Source: Dehalococcoidia bacterium (GTDB lineage Bacteria; Chloroflexota; Dehalococcoidia; UBA2979). From it: a stretch of DNA of 64,000 nt. A program made the position numbers and the translations under genes. The stretch lies in NCBI GenBank assembly GCA_965262725.1, contig OZ253555.1, positions 2,752,001-2,816,000 on the forward strand. The letters run 5' to 3'. Shown here piece after piece: positions 50,109 through 60,663 of this stretch; position 1 is the stretch's first letter, and every line of letters begins with the position of its first letter. Under the pieces are notes generated by a model. The model had not been told where the DNA came from, made no database searches, and saw only the letters and a program-made list of their open reading frames with translations.

Positions 50109-51620
50109 GTGGCCGACGAGCAACAGGGAAGCGGGCCCGGCACTCCGGGGTCGCGCGCGGACGGCACCGGCGGCGACACACGGCCCTCGGCCGGGCCCCC
50201 GGCGAAGCCGTGGGGCGGCCGGTTCGTGGGCGCGACGGCGAAGCTTGTCGAGGCGTACACGGAGTCGATCTCCTTCGATCGGCGGCTCTACCGCGAGGAC
50301 ATCGCGGGCTCCATCGCGCACGCGCGAATGCTCGCCGCGCAGGGGATCATCGACGACTCCGACGCCCGGGCGATCGTGGCGGGCCTCGAGGCGATTCGCG
50401 AAGAGATCGCGGCCGGCACGTTCTCCTTCCGCTCCGACCGCGAGGACATTCACCTCAACATCGAGGGAGCGCTGAGCGAACACATCGGCGAGGCGGCCGG
50501 ACGGCTCCACACAGCCCGCTCGCGGAACGATCAGGTCGCCACCGACCTCCGGCTCTTCGCGCGCACCGCTCTGGACGAGGCGGCGGCGGCGCTGCTGGCG
50601 CTGCGCCGCGCGCTCGTGGGGTTCGCCGAGCGGGAGCGGGAAACGATCATTCCCGGCTACACTCACCTGCAGCGGGCGCAGCCGGTGCTCCTCGCGCACC
50701 ACCTTCTCGCCTACGAGGCGATGTTCTCCCGCGACTCGGAACGCGTGGCGCAGATCCGCCGCCGGACGAACGTGCTGCCGCTCGGTTCGGGCGCGCTCGC
50801 CGGCGTGACCTACCCCATCGACCGCGAGCACGTGGCGCGCGAGCTCGGCTTCGAGGCGCTCTCCTCCAACTCCATGGACGCAGTCTCAGACCGCGACTTC
50901 GTCGTCGAGCTGCACGCCGCGGCCGCGCTCGCGATGGTGCACCTATCGCGGCTGGGGGAGGACCTCGTGCTCTGGGCCTCGGCGGAGTTCGCGCTGCTGC
51001 GGCTACCGGACGGTTTCGCGACCGGCTCGAGCATCATGCCGCAGAAGCGCAATCCCGATGTCGCGGAGCTGGCCCGCGGGAAGAGCGCGCGCGTGATCGG
51101 GAACCTGGTGCAGTCGCTGACGCTCCTCAAGGGACTGCCGCTCGCCTACAACCGGGACCTGCAGGAGGACAAGGAGCCGCTCTTCGACACTGTCGAGACG
51201 CTGCTCGCCTCGCTCCGCGTGACGGCGGCGATGCTCCCTGAGCTCAGCGTCGACGCCGAGCGGGGGCGCGCCGCGGCGGTCGCCGATCATGCCCTCGCCA
51301 CGGACCTTGCCGACCACCTCGCGAAGCAGGGCGTCCCCTTCCGCGAGGCACACCACGTCGTCGGAAGGCTCGTCGCGATGCTCGACCGCGAGGGGCGTGA
51401 ACTCGCCTCGCTGACGCTCGACGAGCTTCGGGAGGCGCACGCGTCGTTCGGCGAGGAGGCCCTCGACCTCGATCTGGATGCCTCGCTGGCGGCGCGCGCC
51501 GTCGCGGGCGGCACCGCGCCGGCGGCGGTGGCCGCGGCGCTCGCCAACGCCGTCGCGCGGCTCGACGCCGAGGAGCTCGCCGCGTCCCCACCCTCGCCCG
51601 CCGACGGCGTCCGCGGGTGA
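50109..51620 (+). CDS. argH: Argininosuccinate lyase
   Basis: WGGRF, HTARSRNDQ, GYTHLQRAQP, GSSIMPQKRNPD. Confidence 0.97.
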   Translation: MADEQQGSGPGTPGSRADGTGGDTRPSAGPPAKPWGGRFVGATAKLVEAYTESISFDRRLYREDIAGSIAHARMLAAQGIIDDSDARAIVAGLEAIREEIAAGTFSFRSDREDIHLNIEGALSEHIGEAAGRLHTARSRNDQVATDLRLFARTALDEAAAALLALRRALVGFAERERETIIPGYTHLQRAQPVLLAHHLLAYEAMFSRDSERVAQIRRRTNVLPLGSGALAGVTYPIDREHVARELGFEALSSNSMDAVSDRDFVVELHAAAALAMVHLSRLGEDLVLWASAEFALLRLPDGFATGSSIMPQKRNPDVAELARGKSARVIGNLVQSLTLLKGLPLAYNRDLQEDKEPLFDTVETLLASLRVTAAMLPELSVDAERGRAAAVADHALATDLADHLAKQGVPFREAHHVVGRLVAMLDREGRELASLTLDELREAHASFGEEALDLDLDASLAARAVAGGTAPAAVAAALANAVARLDAEELAASPPSPADGVRG

Positions 51621-52288
51621 GGGTGCGCATCGCCCCCTCGATCCTGACCGCCGACCTCGGCCGACTCGCCGACGAAATTGCCGCCGCGGAGGCGGGCGGT
51701 GCCGACCTCATACATCTCGACGTCATGGACGGTCACTTCGTCCCCGCGATCACCTTCGGCGCGGTCGTGGTGGCGGCGGTGCGCCGCGCCACCGCCCTCC
51801 CCCTCGAGGCGCACCTCATGGTCGCGCGGCCCCACGCACAGCTCGCGCCGATGGCCGAGGCGGGCGCCGGGCGTCTGATCCCCCATCTCGAGGCAGCGGA
51901 GGGCGAGACGGGCGGCGCGATGGGCCTCGTGGAGGCGATTCGCCGGCTCGGATGCGAGGCGGGCCTTGCCATCTCCCCGGAGACGTCAGTGGAGGCGGTG
52001 ACGCCGCTCGCGGGCGCGCTCGACGGCGTCACGGTGATGACGGTCCACCCCGGCCGCGGAGGGCAGTCATTCCTCCCGGAGATGCTTCTGAAGGTGGCGG
52101 CGCTCCGGGCGCTCTTCGACGAGCACGGGTTCGGCGCGGCGCTCGAGGTGGACGGCGGCGTGAAGGCGCACAACGCGGCGCTCTGCGTCGCCGCCGGCGC
52201 CGACACACTGGTCGCCGGATCCGCCGTCTACAACGATGCCGAGACGCCGACCCGCGCGCTCGCGGCGCTGCGGGATCGCTGCCGCTGA
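51617..52288 (+). CDS. rpe: Ribulose-phosphate 3-epimerase
   Basis: IAPSIL, HLDVMDGHFVP, HLMV, EVDGG, VAGSA. Confidence 0.95.
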   Translation: MRVRIAPSILTADLGRLADEIAAAEAGGADLIHLDVMDGHFVPAITFGAVVVAAVRRATALPLEAHLMVARPHAQLAPMAEAGAGRLIPHLEAAEGETGGAMGLVEAIRRLGCEAGLAISPETSVEAVTPLAGALDGVTVMTVHPGRGGQSFLPEMLLKVAALRALFDEHGFGAALEVDGGVKAHNAALCVAAGADTLVAGSAVYNDAETPTRALAALRDRCR

Positions 52289-52321
52289 CCGAGTGCCTCG
52301 GCCGGCGACGCGAGGGCGACG

Positions 52322-52552
52322 CTAGGCGGAGCGGATCTCGGCCGACTGCTTCATCTGCGTCCGGAGGCAGCGGGTGCAGACGTTGACGCGCCGCCAACGG
52401 CCGTCGATGAGCAGGCGCTTGCGGTGCACGTTAGGCCGGAATTGCCGGTTGGTGCGCGGGGCCTTGCGCTCCCAGCGGCCGGAGTGCTTGTGGCGAATGT
52501 TTCGCCCGAAACGCGTCACCTTGTCACAGAGGTCGCATCTGCCCGGCGCCAT
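52322..52552 (-). CDS. rpmB: 50S ribosomal protein L28, Zn-binding (C+) form
   Basis: CDLC…FGRNI…RQFRPNV…CTRC. Confidence 0.92.
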   Translation of the reverse strand: MAPGRCDLCDKVTRFGRNIRHKHSGRWERKAPRTNRQFRPNVHRKRLLIDGRWRRVNVCTRCLRTQMKQSAEIRSA

Positions 52553-52727
52553 CGTCAGCCCCCCGCCGCCCGCACCACCCCGGGGGTCGACATCCGACCT
52601 GCGACCGGCGTGCTGTTGAGATCGATCACGAGCCTATAGACTAGCCCCCACCGCCAGCTGCGGTCGAGTCGCCCCGCCCAGCAGGCGAGGTGGCGACCGC
52701 ATCCGGGGTCGAGGGAGGCGCGTGTCG

Positions 52728-54329
52728 ATGGGTCAGGGGGACACCATCGACGCCTCTGCCTTCGACGCCGCCCTGCACGTGGCCGAGGGCTGGCTGACCG
52801 CGAACCGCGATGCCGTCAACGCGATCAACGTCTACCCGGTGCCGGACGGCGACACCGGCACCAACATGCTGCTCACCCACCGCGCCGCACTCGACGCGGC
52901 GGAAGCCGCGGCGGGGAGCGGGATCGGCGACTACTCACGGGCACTTGCCGAGGGCGCGCTGCTGGGGGCGCGCGGCAACAGCGGCGTCATCTTCTCGCAG
53001 ATGTTGCGCGGGATCGCGGAGGAGTTCGCCGGCCACCACGCCGTTGAGGTGCACAGGCTCTGCTCGGCGCTCGTGGGGGCGGCCCGCGCCGCCGACGAGG
53101 CGGTCGGCGAACCCGTCGAGGGCACGATGCTGACGGTGATGCGCGACGCGGCCCGTGCCGGCGCCACCTCCGCCGAGCGCGACGGCGAACTCCCAGCCGC
53201 TCTCGACAGCGTCGTGAGCGAGGCCGAAGCGAGCCTTGAGCGGACGCCGGAGCTGTTGCCGCGGCTGCGTGAGGCGGGCGTCGTCGACGCCGGGGGGATG
53301 GGCATCGCGGTCCTGCTGCAGGGACTCCGTAGTGGTCTCACCGGGGCGCCGCTCCCGCCGCCGCCGCCGGCCCCCATCGGCGAGGTCGAGCTCACCGGCG
53401 TCGCGCACGAGGGCCACGGCTACTGCACCGAGTACGTGGTCCGGGGCGCATCACTCGATCGCGGAGCCCTGGAGCGGGCACTGGGGGCCGTGGGCGGCGA
53501 GTCGCTCCTGGTGGTCGGGGACGCCCGGGCGCTCCACGTCCACGCCCACGTCGAGGATCCCGGGCCCGCGATCTCCGCCGGCGCCCAGGCGGGGGCGCTC
53601 GAGGCCGTGAAGGTCGAGAACATGCAGGCGCAGCACGACGAGTGGGCGGCCGGGCACCGCGGCGGCGGCGAGCCGCCCCGCCTGGGGCTGGTTGCGGTGG
53701 CGGCCGGGCCGGGGCTCGCGGCCGCCTTCCGCGACCTCGGCGCGTCGGCGATCGTCGAAGGCGGACCGACCTTCAACCCCTCGGCGGGCGAGCTGCTCGA
53801 GGCGGCGCGGCGCGCCGGTCTCGAGCACGTCTTCCTGCTCCCGAACGACTCGAACGTGCTGCTGGCGGCCGAGCAGGCAGCGTCCCAGGAACCGGATCTC
53901 ATCACCGTGATCCCGGCGCGATCGACGCCCGCCGGCCTCAGCGCCGCCCTCGGCTACCAGCCGGACGGTGAGCCCGCGGAGGTGCTCGCCCAGATGACGG
54001 CCCAGCTCGCCGACGTGCGGGCCGTGGAAGTCACACGCGCTGTTCGCGACACGACGATCGACGGGATTGACGTCGAGACCGGCGATGCGATCGCCCTCGT
54101 CGACGGTCGTCTCGTCGCCCGGGCCGAATCGCTCGAGGAGGCATTGCTCGCGGCCCTCGGCCCCCTCGCGGCGGGAGCCGAGGTGGTGACCATCTACCTC
54201 GGCGGCGGGACCGACCCCGGCTCGGGCGAGGCGGTGAAGCGCCTCATCGTGGACGCGCACTCAGACCTGGAGGTCGACGTGCTTGCAGGCGGACAACCGC
54301 ACTACCCCTACCTTGCGAGCGTCGAATAG
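52728..54329 (+). CDS. fakA: DAK2-domain fatty acid kinase subunit (FakA/YloV)
   Basis: INVYPVPDGDTGTNM, GARGNSG, VVDAGG, YCTE, HVHAH, GGQPHY. Confidence 0.92.
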   Translation: MGQGDTIDASAFDAALHVAEGWLTANRDAVNAINVYPVPDGDTGTNMLLTHRAALDAAEAAAGSGIGDYSRALAEGALLGARGNSGVIFSQMLRGIAEEFAGHHAVEVHRLCSALVGAARAADEAVGEPVEGTMLTVMRDAARAGATSAERDGELPAALDSVVSEAEASLERTPELLPRLREAGVVDAGGMGIAVLLQGLRSGLTGAPLPPPPPAPIGEVELTGVAHEGHGYCTEYVVRGASLDRGALERALGAVGGESLLVVGDARALHVHAHVEDPGPAISAGAQAGALEAVKVENMQAQHDEWAAGHRGGGEPPRLGLVAVAAGPGLAAAFRDLGASAIVEGGPTFNPSAGELLEAARRAGLEHVFLLPNDSNVLLAAEQAASQEPDLITVIPARSTPAGLSAALGYQPDGEPAEVLAQMTAQLADVRAVEVTRAVRDTTIDGIDVETGDAIALVDGRLVARAESLEEALLAALGPLAAGAEVVTIYLGGGTDPGSGEAVKRLIVDAHSDLEVDVLAGGQPHYPYLASVE

Positions 54330-54341
54330 GAGATCACCGCC

Positions 54342-55214
54342 ATGGCCATCCGCATCGTGACCGACTCCACCGCCGACCTCCCCGCCGAAGTGGCCGCGAG
54401 CCTCGGCATCACGGTCGTGCCGCTCTACGTGCACTTCGGGGACGAGCAACTGCGCGACGGGGTCGACATCTCCTCCGAGGAGTTTTTCGAGCGACTCCAG
54501 CGCGAGTCGCGCACGCCCACCACGTCGCAGCCACCGGCGGGCGCGTTCCGCGACGTCTACCGCAATCTCGCCGCTGACGGATCGGAGATCGTCTCCATCC
54601 ACGTCTCGTCGAAGCTCTCCGGCACCTTCGCCTCCGCCCAGCAGGGGGCCGCCGGTCTCGAGGGAACCGAGGTGCGCGTGGTCGACTCGGGCACCGCCTC
54701 GATGGCTCTCGGCATGGCGGCGATCGCCGCCGTCGAGGCCGCCGGACGCGGCGCCTCCATCGACGGCGTCGTGGCGGCCGCCGAGGATCTCCTCGGACGC
54801 TCGCACATGCTCGTCATCTTCGACACCCTGGAGTACCTGCGCCGGGGCGGGCGCATTGGTCGCGGCATGGAGCTCATCGGCACGCTCGCGAGACTCAAGC
54901 CCATCGCCACGGTGCGCGACGGCGAGGTTGCCGCCGCCGGGCGTGTGCGCACCAAGAACAAGGCGATCGAGGAGGTGCTGCGTCGCTTCGCGGAGCTCCG
55001 CCCCCTGGAGCGCGCGGGCGTCGTGCACGCCACGACGCCGGACGAGTGCGACTACGTCGCCGAGCGGCTGCGCGGGCTGGCACCGGAGATCCCGATCACG
55101 CAGAGCCGCATCGGCCCCGTGCTCGGCGTCCATGCCGGCCCGGGCGTGCTCGGCGCAACGGTGGTGGCGGCCGCTCCCGCCACCGGCGAGGGCTCCCCGC
55201 CGACGGGAGCGTGA
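54342..55214 (+). CDS. DegV family fatty-acid-binding protein (FakB)
   Basis: IVTDSTADL, PTTSQP, SSKLSGT, YLRRGGRI, HAGPG. Confidence 0.93.
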   Translation: MAIRIVTDSTADLPAEVAASLGITVVPLYVHFGDEQLRDGVDISSEEFFERLQRESRTPTTSQPPAGAFRDVYRNLAADGSEIVSIHVSSKLSGTFASAQQGAAGLEGTEVRVVDSGTASMALGMAAIAAVEAAGRGASIDGVVAAAEDLLGRSHMLVIFDTLEYLRRGGRIGRGMELIGTLARLKPIATVRDGEVAAAGRVRTKNKAIEEVLRRFAELRPLERAGVVHATTPDECDYVAERLRGLAPEIPITQSRIGPVLGVHAGPGVLGATVVAAAPATGEGSPPTGA

Positions 55215-57730
55215 GCGCCGACCTCGCGCGCCTCGGCGAGATCCTCCGGCGGGAGCTCAAGGCCGACTGCACCGATCTCCTCGTCACGGGCGGACTCGAT
55301 ACCCTTCTCCGCCGGCAGGCGCGGAATGAGGAACCTCGCTCGCCCCTCCTGCGGATGGTCGCCGCACTACCTGCGAGCGGCTATCGCGCCCTCGACCCGG
55401 AGGAGCGGCGCCGCTGGCTGCGGCGCGCGCTCGCCACGCTTTCGGAGGAGCAGGACGGGAGCGCTCGCGCCGGCGCGGAGAGCCGAGGCGGCGCCCCGGC
55501 GCGGCGCCGCCCCACCCGCGCCCGGCCGGGCAGCCCGGCCGCGATCCCCGAGGGGGCCGCGGCGCTGGACCTTCCGATCGCGCGCGCGGGCGTCCGGGTG
55601 GGAAGGGCGACGATCCCGCGCCTCGAGCGCCTCGGCCTAGACACGGTGGGCGACGCCCTCCGCCACTTCCCCTACCGACACCTCGACTTCAGTCGGATCG
55701 TCCCGGTCACGCAGCTCCGCATCGGCATGGAGCAGACGGTGCGCGGGCGCCTGGACCGGGTGCGAGAGGTCCGCATGGGCCGCGGCGGCCGGATGCGCTC
55801 CACCGAGGCGACGGTCTCCGATCAGTCGGGTGCGTCGATCCGCGTCATCTGGTTCAACCAGCCTTACCTTGCGCGGCAGCTGCGCGAGGGCTCCGAAGTA
55901 GCGATCGCCGGTAGCGTGCGCGCCTTCCGCGGGCGCCTCACATTCGACAACCCCGAATTCGAGCTGATGGGAACGGACGAGCACGGCCGCCACACGGGGC
56001 GGCTCGTCCCCGTCTACCGCCTCACCGCGGGGCTCGCCCAGCGCACCCTGCGCTCGCTCGTCGCCTCGCTCGTCGAGCGCTACGTCGACCGCGTCCCGGA
56101 GCCGCTCCCGGATGCGCTCATCGAGCGCCACGGGCTGCCGCCGCTCGCCCACGCAATGCAGCAGCTCCACTACCCCGACGACGCGTCCTCGCTCGCTCAA
56201 GCGCGGCGCCGGCTCGCCTTCGACGAGTTACTCGGCATCCAGATCGGCGTCGTCAGGCGCCGCCGGGCGTGGCGGGAGAGCGAGACCGCCCCCGCGATCG
56301 CCGAGCACGGAGCCGCGCGTGCCTTCGTCGCCTCGCTCCCCTTCGATCTGACGGAGGCACAGCGCCGCACGCTGGCCGAGGTGCTCGGAGACCTCGAGCA
56401 CCGGGTGCCGATGTCACGGCTGCTCGAGGGCGACGTCGGCTCGGGGAAGACGGTCGTCGCCCTCGCCGCCATGCTCGACATCGTCGCGGCCGGAAAGCAG
56501 GCGGCTCTCATGGCCCCGACCGAGGTGCTCGCGGAGCAGCACGTGCGCACGATCCGCCGCCTGCTCACCGGATCGGATGAACCGCCCCTCGGCGGAATCG
56601 TGCCCCTGCCCTTCCTCCCTGTGCCTCTGCGGCTGCTCTCCCTCACCGGCGCCTCGCGCGCGAAGGAGCGGCGAGAGGTGCTCGCGGCGCTCGCCCACGA
56701 CGCGACGCCGCAGATCGTCGTCGGGACCCACGCCCTGATCCAGGAAGACGTCGCGCTCCCGAGGCTCGGCCTGGCCGTCGTCGACGAGCAGCACCGCTTC
56801 GGAGTGCGACAGCGCTCGGCGCTACGCGAGCGCGCCCGCCCCCTGGGAGCGCAGGCCTCCCCCGACGGCGGGGCCGACCCGCCCGCCTGCCACCTGCTGG
56901 TGATGACGGCCACGCCGATCCCCCGCTCGCTCGCTCTCACCGTCTACGGCGACCTCGACCTCTCCGTGATCGACGAGATGCCACCCGGACGTCCGCCCAT
57001 CGAGACCCGCTGGCTCGAGAGCGGCGAGCGCCAAGCGGCGTTCGACCGGCTGCGGTCCGAGCTCGACGCGGGGAGGCAGGGATTCGTGATCTGCCCCCTG
57101 GTCGAGGGATCGGAGGCCATCGCCTCCCGTGCGGCGACCGAGGAGTACGAGCGGATCCGGCTCGACGAGTTCCCCGAGCGGGCCGACCGCGTGGCGCTCC
57201 TGCACGGCCGGCTCCCTGCACGGAAGAAGGAGGAAGTGATGGCGCGCTTCGTCTCCGGCGAGGCGCAGGTGCTGGTCTCGACCGCGGTCGTCGAGGTGGG
57301 GATCGACGTGCCGAACGCCACTGTGATGCTGATCGAGGGAGCCGATCGCTTCGGGCTGGCACAGCTCCACCAGTTCCGCGGCCGCGTGGGTCGCGAGCGT
57401 CACCCCTCGTGGTGCTTCCTGCTCGCCGACGAGCCCTCCGAGGAGGCGGTGCGGCGCCTCGCGGTGGTGGAGAGCACGCTCGACGGCTTCGATCTGGCGC
57501 AGGCGGATCTCGAGCTGAGAGGACCCGGCGAACTCTACGGTCTCAGGCAATCGGGGGCCTCCGTGCGAGTAGCGGCCCTGATCGACGCGCAGCTGATCGA
57601 CGCGACGCGACGCGAAGCGACCGAGCTGCTCACCGCCGACCCCGGCCTCGACGCCGCGGCACACGCGGGCCTGCGCGCCCTCGCCGCCGGCTCCGCGACG
57701 AGCGCCGCTGGCGCCGCAGAGGCGCACTAG
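55211..57730 (+). CDS. recG: ATP-dependent DNA helicase RecG
   Basis: GDVGSGKT, MAPTEVLAEQH, DEQHRFG, MTATPIPR, QLHQFRGRVGR, DLELRGPG. Confidence 0.96.
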   Translation: MSADLARLGEILRRELKADCTDLLVTGGLDTLLRRQARNEEPRSPLLRMVAALPASGYRALDPEERRRWLRRALATLSEEQDGSARAGAESRGGAPARRRPTRARPGSPAAIPEGAAALDLPIARAGVRVGRATIPRLERLGLDTVGDALRHFPYRHLDFSRIVPVTQLRIGMEQTVRGRLDRVREVRMGRGGRMRSTEATVSDQSGASIRVIWFNQPYLARQLREGSEVAIAGSVRAFRGRLTFDNPEFELMGTDEHGRHTGRLVPVYRLTAGLAQRTLRSLVASLVERYVDRVPEPLPDALIERHGLPPLAHAMQQLHYPDDASSLAQARRRLAFDELLGIQIGVVRRRRAWRESETAPAIAEHGAARAFVASLPFDLTEAQRRTLAEVLGDLEHRVPMSRLLEGDVGSGKTVVALAAMLDIVAAGKQAALMAPTEVLAEQHVRTIRRLLTGSDEPPLGGIVPLPFLPVPLRLLSLTGASRAKERREVLAALAHDATPQIVVGTHALIQEDVALPRLGLAVVDEQHRFGVRQRSALRERARPLGAQASPDGGADPPACHLLVMTATPIPRSLALTVYGDLDLSVIDEMPPGRPPIETRWLESGERQAAFDRLRSELDAGRQGFVICPLVEGSEAIASRAATEEYERIRLDEFPERADRVALLHGRLPARKKEEVMARFVSGEAQVLVSTAVVEVGIDVPNATVMLIEGADRFGLAQLHQFRGRVGRERHPSWCFLLADEPSEEAVRRLAVVESTLDGFDLAQADLELRGPGELYGLRQSGASVRVAALIDAQLIDATRREATELLTADPGLDAAAHAGLRALAAGSATSAAGAAEAH

Positions 57731-57751
57731 ACGCAGCGGGGGAGCGACCCG

Positions 57752-58406
57752 GTGCTCGTGGAGGGAAAAGCAAGGGGAGGTGAGATCGGCATCCTCCAGG
57801 TGGGCAGGCGGCCCCTCCTCCCCCTGCTCTCCAGGTGGACGAGGGGCCGCCTGGCTTGAGCGGAACCACGGCGCGTCCTCCGGCGCCTGGCTGGTCTCGT
57901 GGACGAAGGCCTCGGGGAAGCCCTTCGTCCCCTACACGGAGGCGGTCGATGAGGCGCTCTGCGTCGGTTGGGTGGATTCGCGCCCCAACCGACTCGACGA
58001 GCAGCGCGCTATGAGGCTCTTCACGCCCCGGAACCCGGCGAACCCATGGTCTCGTCTCAACAAGGAGAAGGGCGCGCGCCTCACCGCGCAGCGCCTCATG
58101 GCCCCAGCCGGCATGAGGCTGGTTCAGGCGGCGAAGGCGAACGGGGCCTGGAGCATCTACGACGACGTGGAGGAGCTGGTGGTCCCGCCCGACCTCGCCG
58201 CCGCGCTCGCGACGAACGAGGCAGCCAAGACCTTCCGGGGCTTTCCCGCATCGTCCAGCAAGAACATTCTCTGGTGGATCAAGTCGGCCCGGAGATCCGG
58301 GACGCGGGCCGCGCGCGTCGCGCGGACGGTGGAGCTCGCCGCCGAGAACCGGATGGCCAATCACCCGAGCGGTCGCGACCGTGGACCGACCCCTCGCCCG
58401 GGCTAA
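57752..58406 (+). pseudogene. YdeI/OmpD-associated family gene with a disrupted (frameshifted) 5' end
   Basis: Body (AAWLERNH, EALCVGWVDS, WSRLNK, VPPDL) is in the 57780 frame; the RBS-preceded start (GTG 57752, …EIGILQVGRR) is in another frame that stops at about 57859. Confidence 0.55.
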
Positions 58407-58864
58407 CGGCGGCGGGAGCGAGCGCCCGTACGCAGTTCCTCGTAGCGCGCGATGAACGCAGGGGGATCGACTGCGGCGATCGTGCGGCCGATGAGCTCGA
58501 GGGGCAGATCGTCGATCCGCCGGAAGCGCACGCAGGACTTCCCCATGTCGTAGCGTTTCCCGCTGTGGCGGTACTCCCGCTCGAACTCCTCCGCGGCGTC
58601 GGGGAACGCGTAGACGCTCGTCAGGTAGAGCGACATGTGGTTCTTCTGCGAGGCGAGCGCCGCGTACATCAGGGGTCTCTTGTTGTACGTGTCGGCGTAG
58701 ACGCGGAGCGGGATCTCGTAGCTGATCATCCCCCAGTTCATCGTCTCCTCGTAGCCCTCCGGGAGGTTCTCGATCACGATTTCGCGCACCGCCTCGAGCG
58801 CCGCCCTCCGCTCCCCCGGAAGGCTCGCGAGATACTCGGCAACAGTCGCCGCGTCGGACCGCAT
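58403..58864 (-). CDS. DUF1801 (YdhG-like) protein
   Basis: TVAEYLASLP, WGMISY, ALASQKNHMSLY, DMGKSCVRF. Confidence 0.88.
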   Translation of the reverse strand: MRSDAATVAEYLASLPGERRAALEAVREIVIENLPEGYEETMNWGMISYEIPLRVYADTYNKRPLMYAALASQKNHMSLYLTSVYAFPDAAEEFEREYRHSGKRYDMGKSCVRFRRIDDLPLELIGRTIAAVDPPAFIARYEELRTGARSRRR

Positions 58865-58992
58865 CGCCCCTCCTCCCGGCGCCAGGGGCGATGATACGAC
58901 GCCCCTGCGGGCGCCCGCCGCGCTCCTGTCGCCTCCGCTGGGGCGGCGCTACACTCGCTTCTTCGGGGCGCAAGGCGGGGGGCGCGGTCGAG

Positions 58993-60663
58993 ATGATCCG
59001 GGACGAGTTCGCGATTCTGGTGGCCCGCGCGCTCGCCGGCGCACAGGCTGCGGGTGACCTGCCCGCGTTCGCGGCGCCCGAGGTCGAGCTCCAGCACCCG
59101 CAGCGACCCGAGCATGGCGACTACTCCGCCAACCTGCCGCTCCGCATCCAGAGTCTCGTGCGCATGCGTGCCGTCGAGATCGCCACCGCCCTTCAGCGAC
59201 ACCTCCCACCCCACGAGGCGCTCGCCGAGGCGCGGGTCGCGCCGCCGGGATTCCTGAACCTCTACCTCACGCCGGGCTGGGTTGCCTCGCGGGCGGCGAC
59301 TATCGCCCGCCACGGCGAGCACTACGCCACGAGCGATCGGGGCGGGGGGGCGCGCGTTCAGGTCGAGTACGTCTCCGCGAATCCCACGGGACCGTTGCAC
59401 GTCGGCAACGGGCGCGGGGCCGCGATCGGCTCCACGCTCGCGAACGTGCTGCGAGCGTGGGGCTACGAGGTAGAGGAGGAGTACTACATCAACGATGCGG
59501 GGACGCAGGTCGCGATCTTCGCGCGGACGCTCTATGCACGCTATCAGCAGATCTTCGGCCGCGACGCGCCGATCCCCGAGAACGGCTACCCCGGCGAGTA
59601 CATCACAGGGATCGCCGGCCGCATCCGGGACGAGGACGGCGACCGCTACCTGAGGCCCGAGGGCGAGGAGCCCGACCACCGGCTCGGCGAGCGCGGCATC
59701 GACCTGATGCTCGACGGGATCCGGAGGGACCTCGAGACCATCGGCGTGCGCTACTCGACCTGGTACTCGGAGCGCACGCTGCAGGCCGAGGGCGGGCCCT
59801 ACCACACCGTGCTCGGGCGCCTGCGCGACCGCGGGCACGTCGTCGAACGGGAGGGCGCCGTCTGGTTCGCCTCCTCCGAGATCGGGGAGGAGAAGGACAA
59901 CGTCCTGATCCGCTCGGACGGCCTCCCGACGTACTTCGCCACTGACATCGCCTACCACTTCGACAAGCTGGTGACGCGCGGATTCGAGCGCACCATCGAC
60001 ATCTGGGGCGCCGACCACCAGGGCCACGTCTCGCGGCTGAAGGCGGCGATGCGGGCGCTCGACACCTCACCGGAGGCGCTCGATGTCGTTCTCTACCAGC
60101 TGGTCACGCTGAAGCGCGGCGACCGGGTCGTCCCGCTCTCCAAGCGCGCGGGGGAATTGGTCACGCTCGCCGACGTGGTCGAGGAGGTCGGCTCAGACGC
60201 CACGCGCTTCTTCTTCCTGCTGCCCTCCGCGGGGGCGGCTATGGACTTCGACCTCGAGCTCGCGAAGCGGCGCTCCGACGATAATCCCGTCTACTACGTG
60301 CAGTACGCGCACGCCCGCATCCGGGGCATCATCGATCGGGCGAGCGAGACCGGCCTCTCCGCGGCCGGCGCCGACACAGCCCTTCTGACGCACGACGCCG
60401 AGCAGACGCTTCTGCGCAAGCTTCTCCTCCTCCCCGAGGTGATCGAGACCGTCGTCCGCGAACTGGCGCCCCACCACCTGCCGCACTACGCGCAGGAGCT
60501 GGCGCAGGCATTCCACGTCTTCTACACGCAGTGCCGCGTCGTGGACGAGCAGGAGCCGGAGCTCTCGCGGGCGCGGCTCCTCCTGCTCGAGGCGACGCGC
60601 GTCGTGCTGGCGCGCACGCTGGGCCTCATGTCAATCTCGGCACCGGATCGAATGCAGCGATGA
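58993..60663 (+). CDS. argS: Arginine--tRNA ligase
   Basis: HGDYSAN, EYVSANPTGPLHVGN, WGADHQG, LSKRAG, NPVYYVQYAHAR. Confidence 0.96.
   Translation: MIRDEFAILVARALAGAQAAGDLPAFAAPEVELQHPQRPEHGDYSANLPLRIQSLVRMRAVEIATALQRHLPPHEALAEARVAPPGFLNLYLTPGWVASRAATIARHGEHYATSDRGGGARVQVEYVSANPTGPLHVGNGRGAAIGSTLANVLRAWGYEVEEEYYINDAGTQVAIFARTLYARYQQIFGRDAPIPENGYPGEYITGIAGRIRDEDGDRYLRPEGEEPDHRLGERGIDLMLDGIRRDLETIGVRYSTWYSERTLQAEGGPYHTVLGRLRDRGHVVEREGAVWFASSEIGEEKDNVLIRSDGLPTYFATDIAYHFDKLVTRGFERTIDIWGADHQGHVSRLKAAMRALDTSPEALDVVLYQLVTLKRGDRVVPLSKRAGELVTLADVVEEVGSDATRFFFLLPSAGAAMDFDLELAKRRSDDNPVYYVQYAHARIRGIIDRASETGLSAAGADTALLTHDAEQTLLRKLLLLPEVIETVVRELAPHHLPHYAQELAQAFHVFYTQCRVVDEQEPELSRARLLLLEATRVVLARTLGLMSISAPDRMQR

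Noticed and set aside
58865-58992. Possible T-box before argS
   Set aside because: Region is short and lacks the UGGNACC T-box bulge and a terminator.
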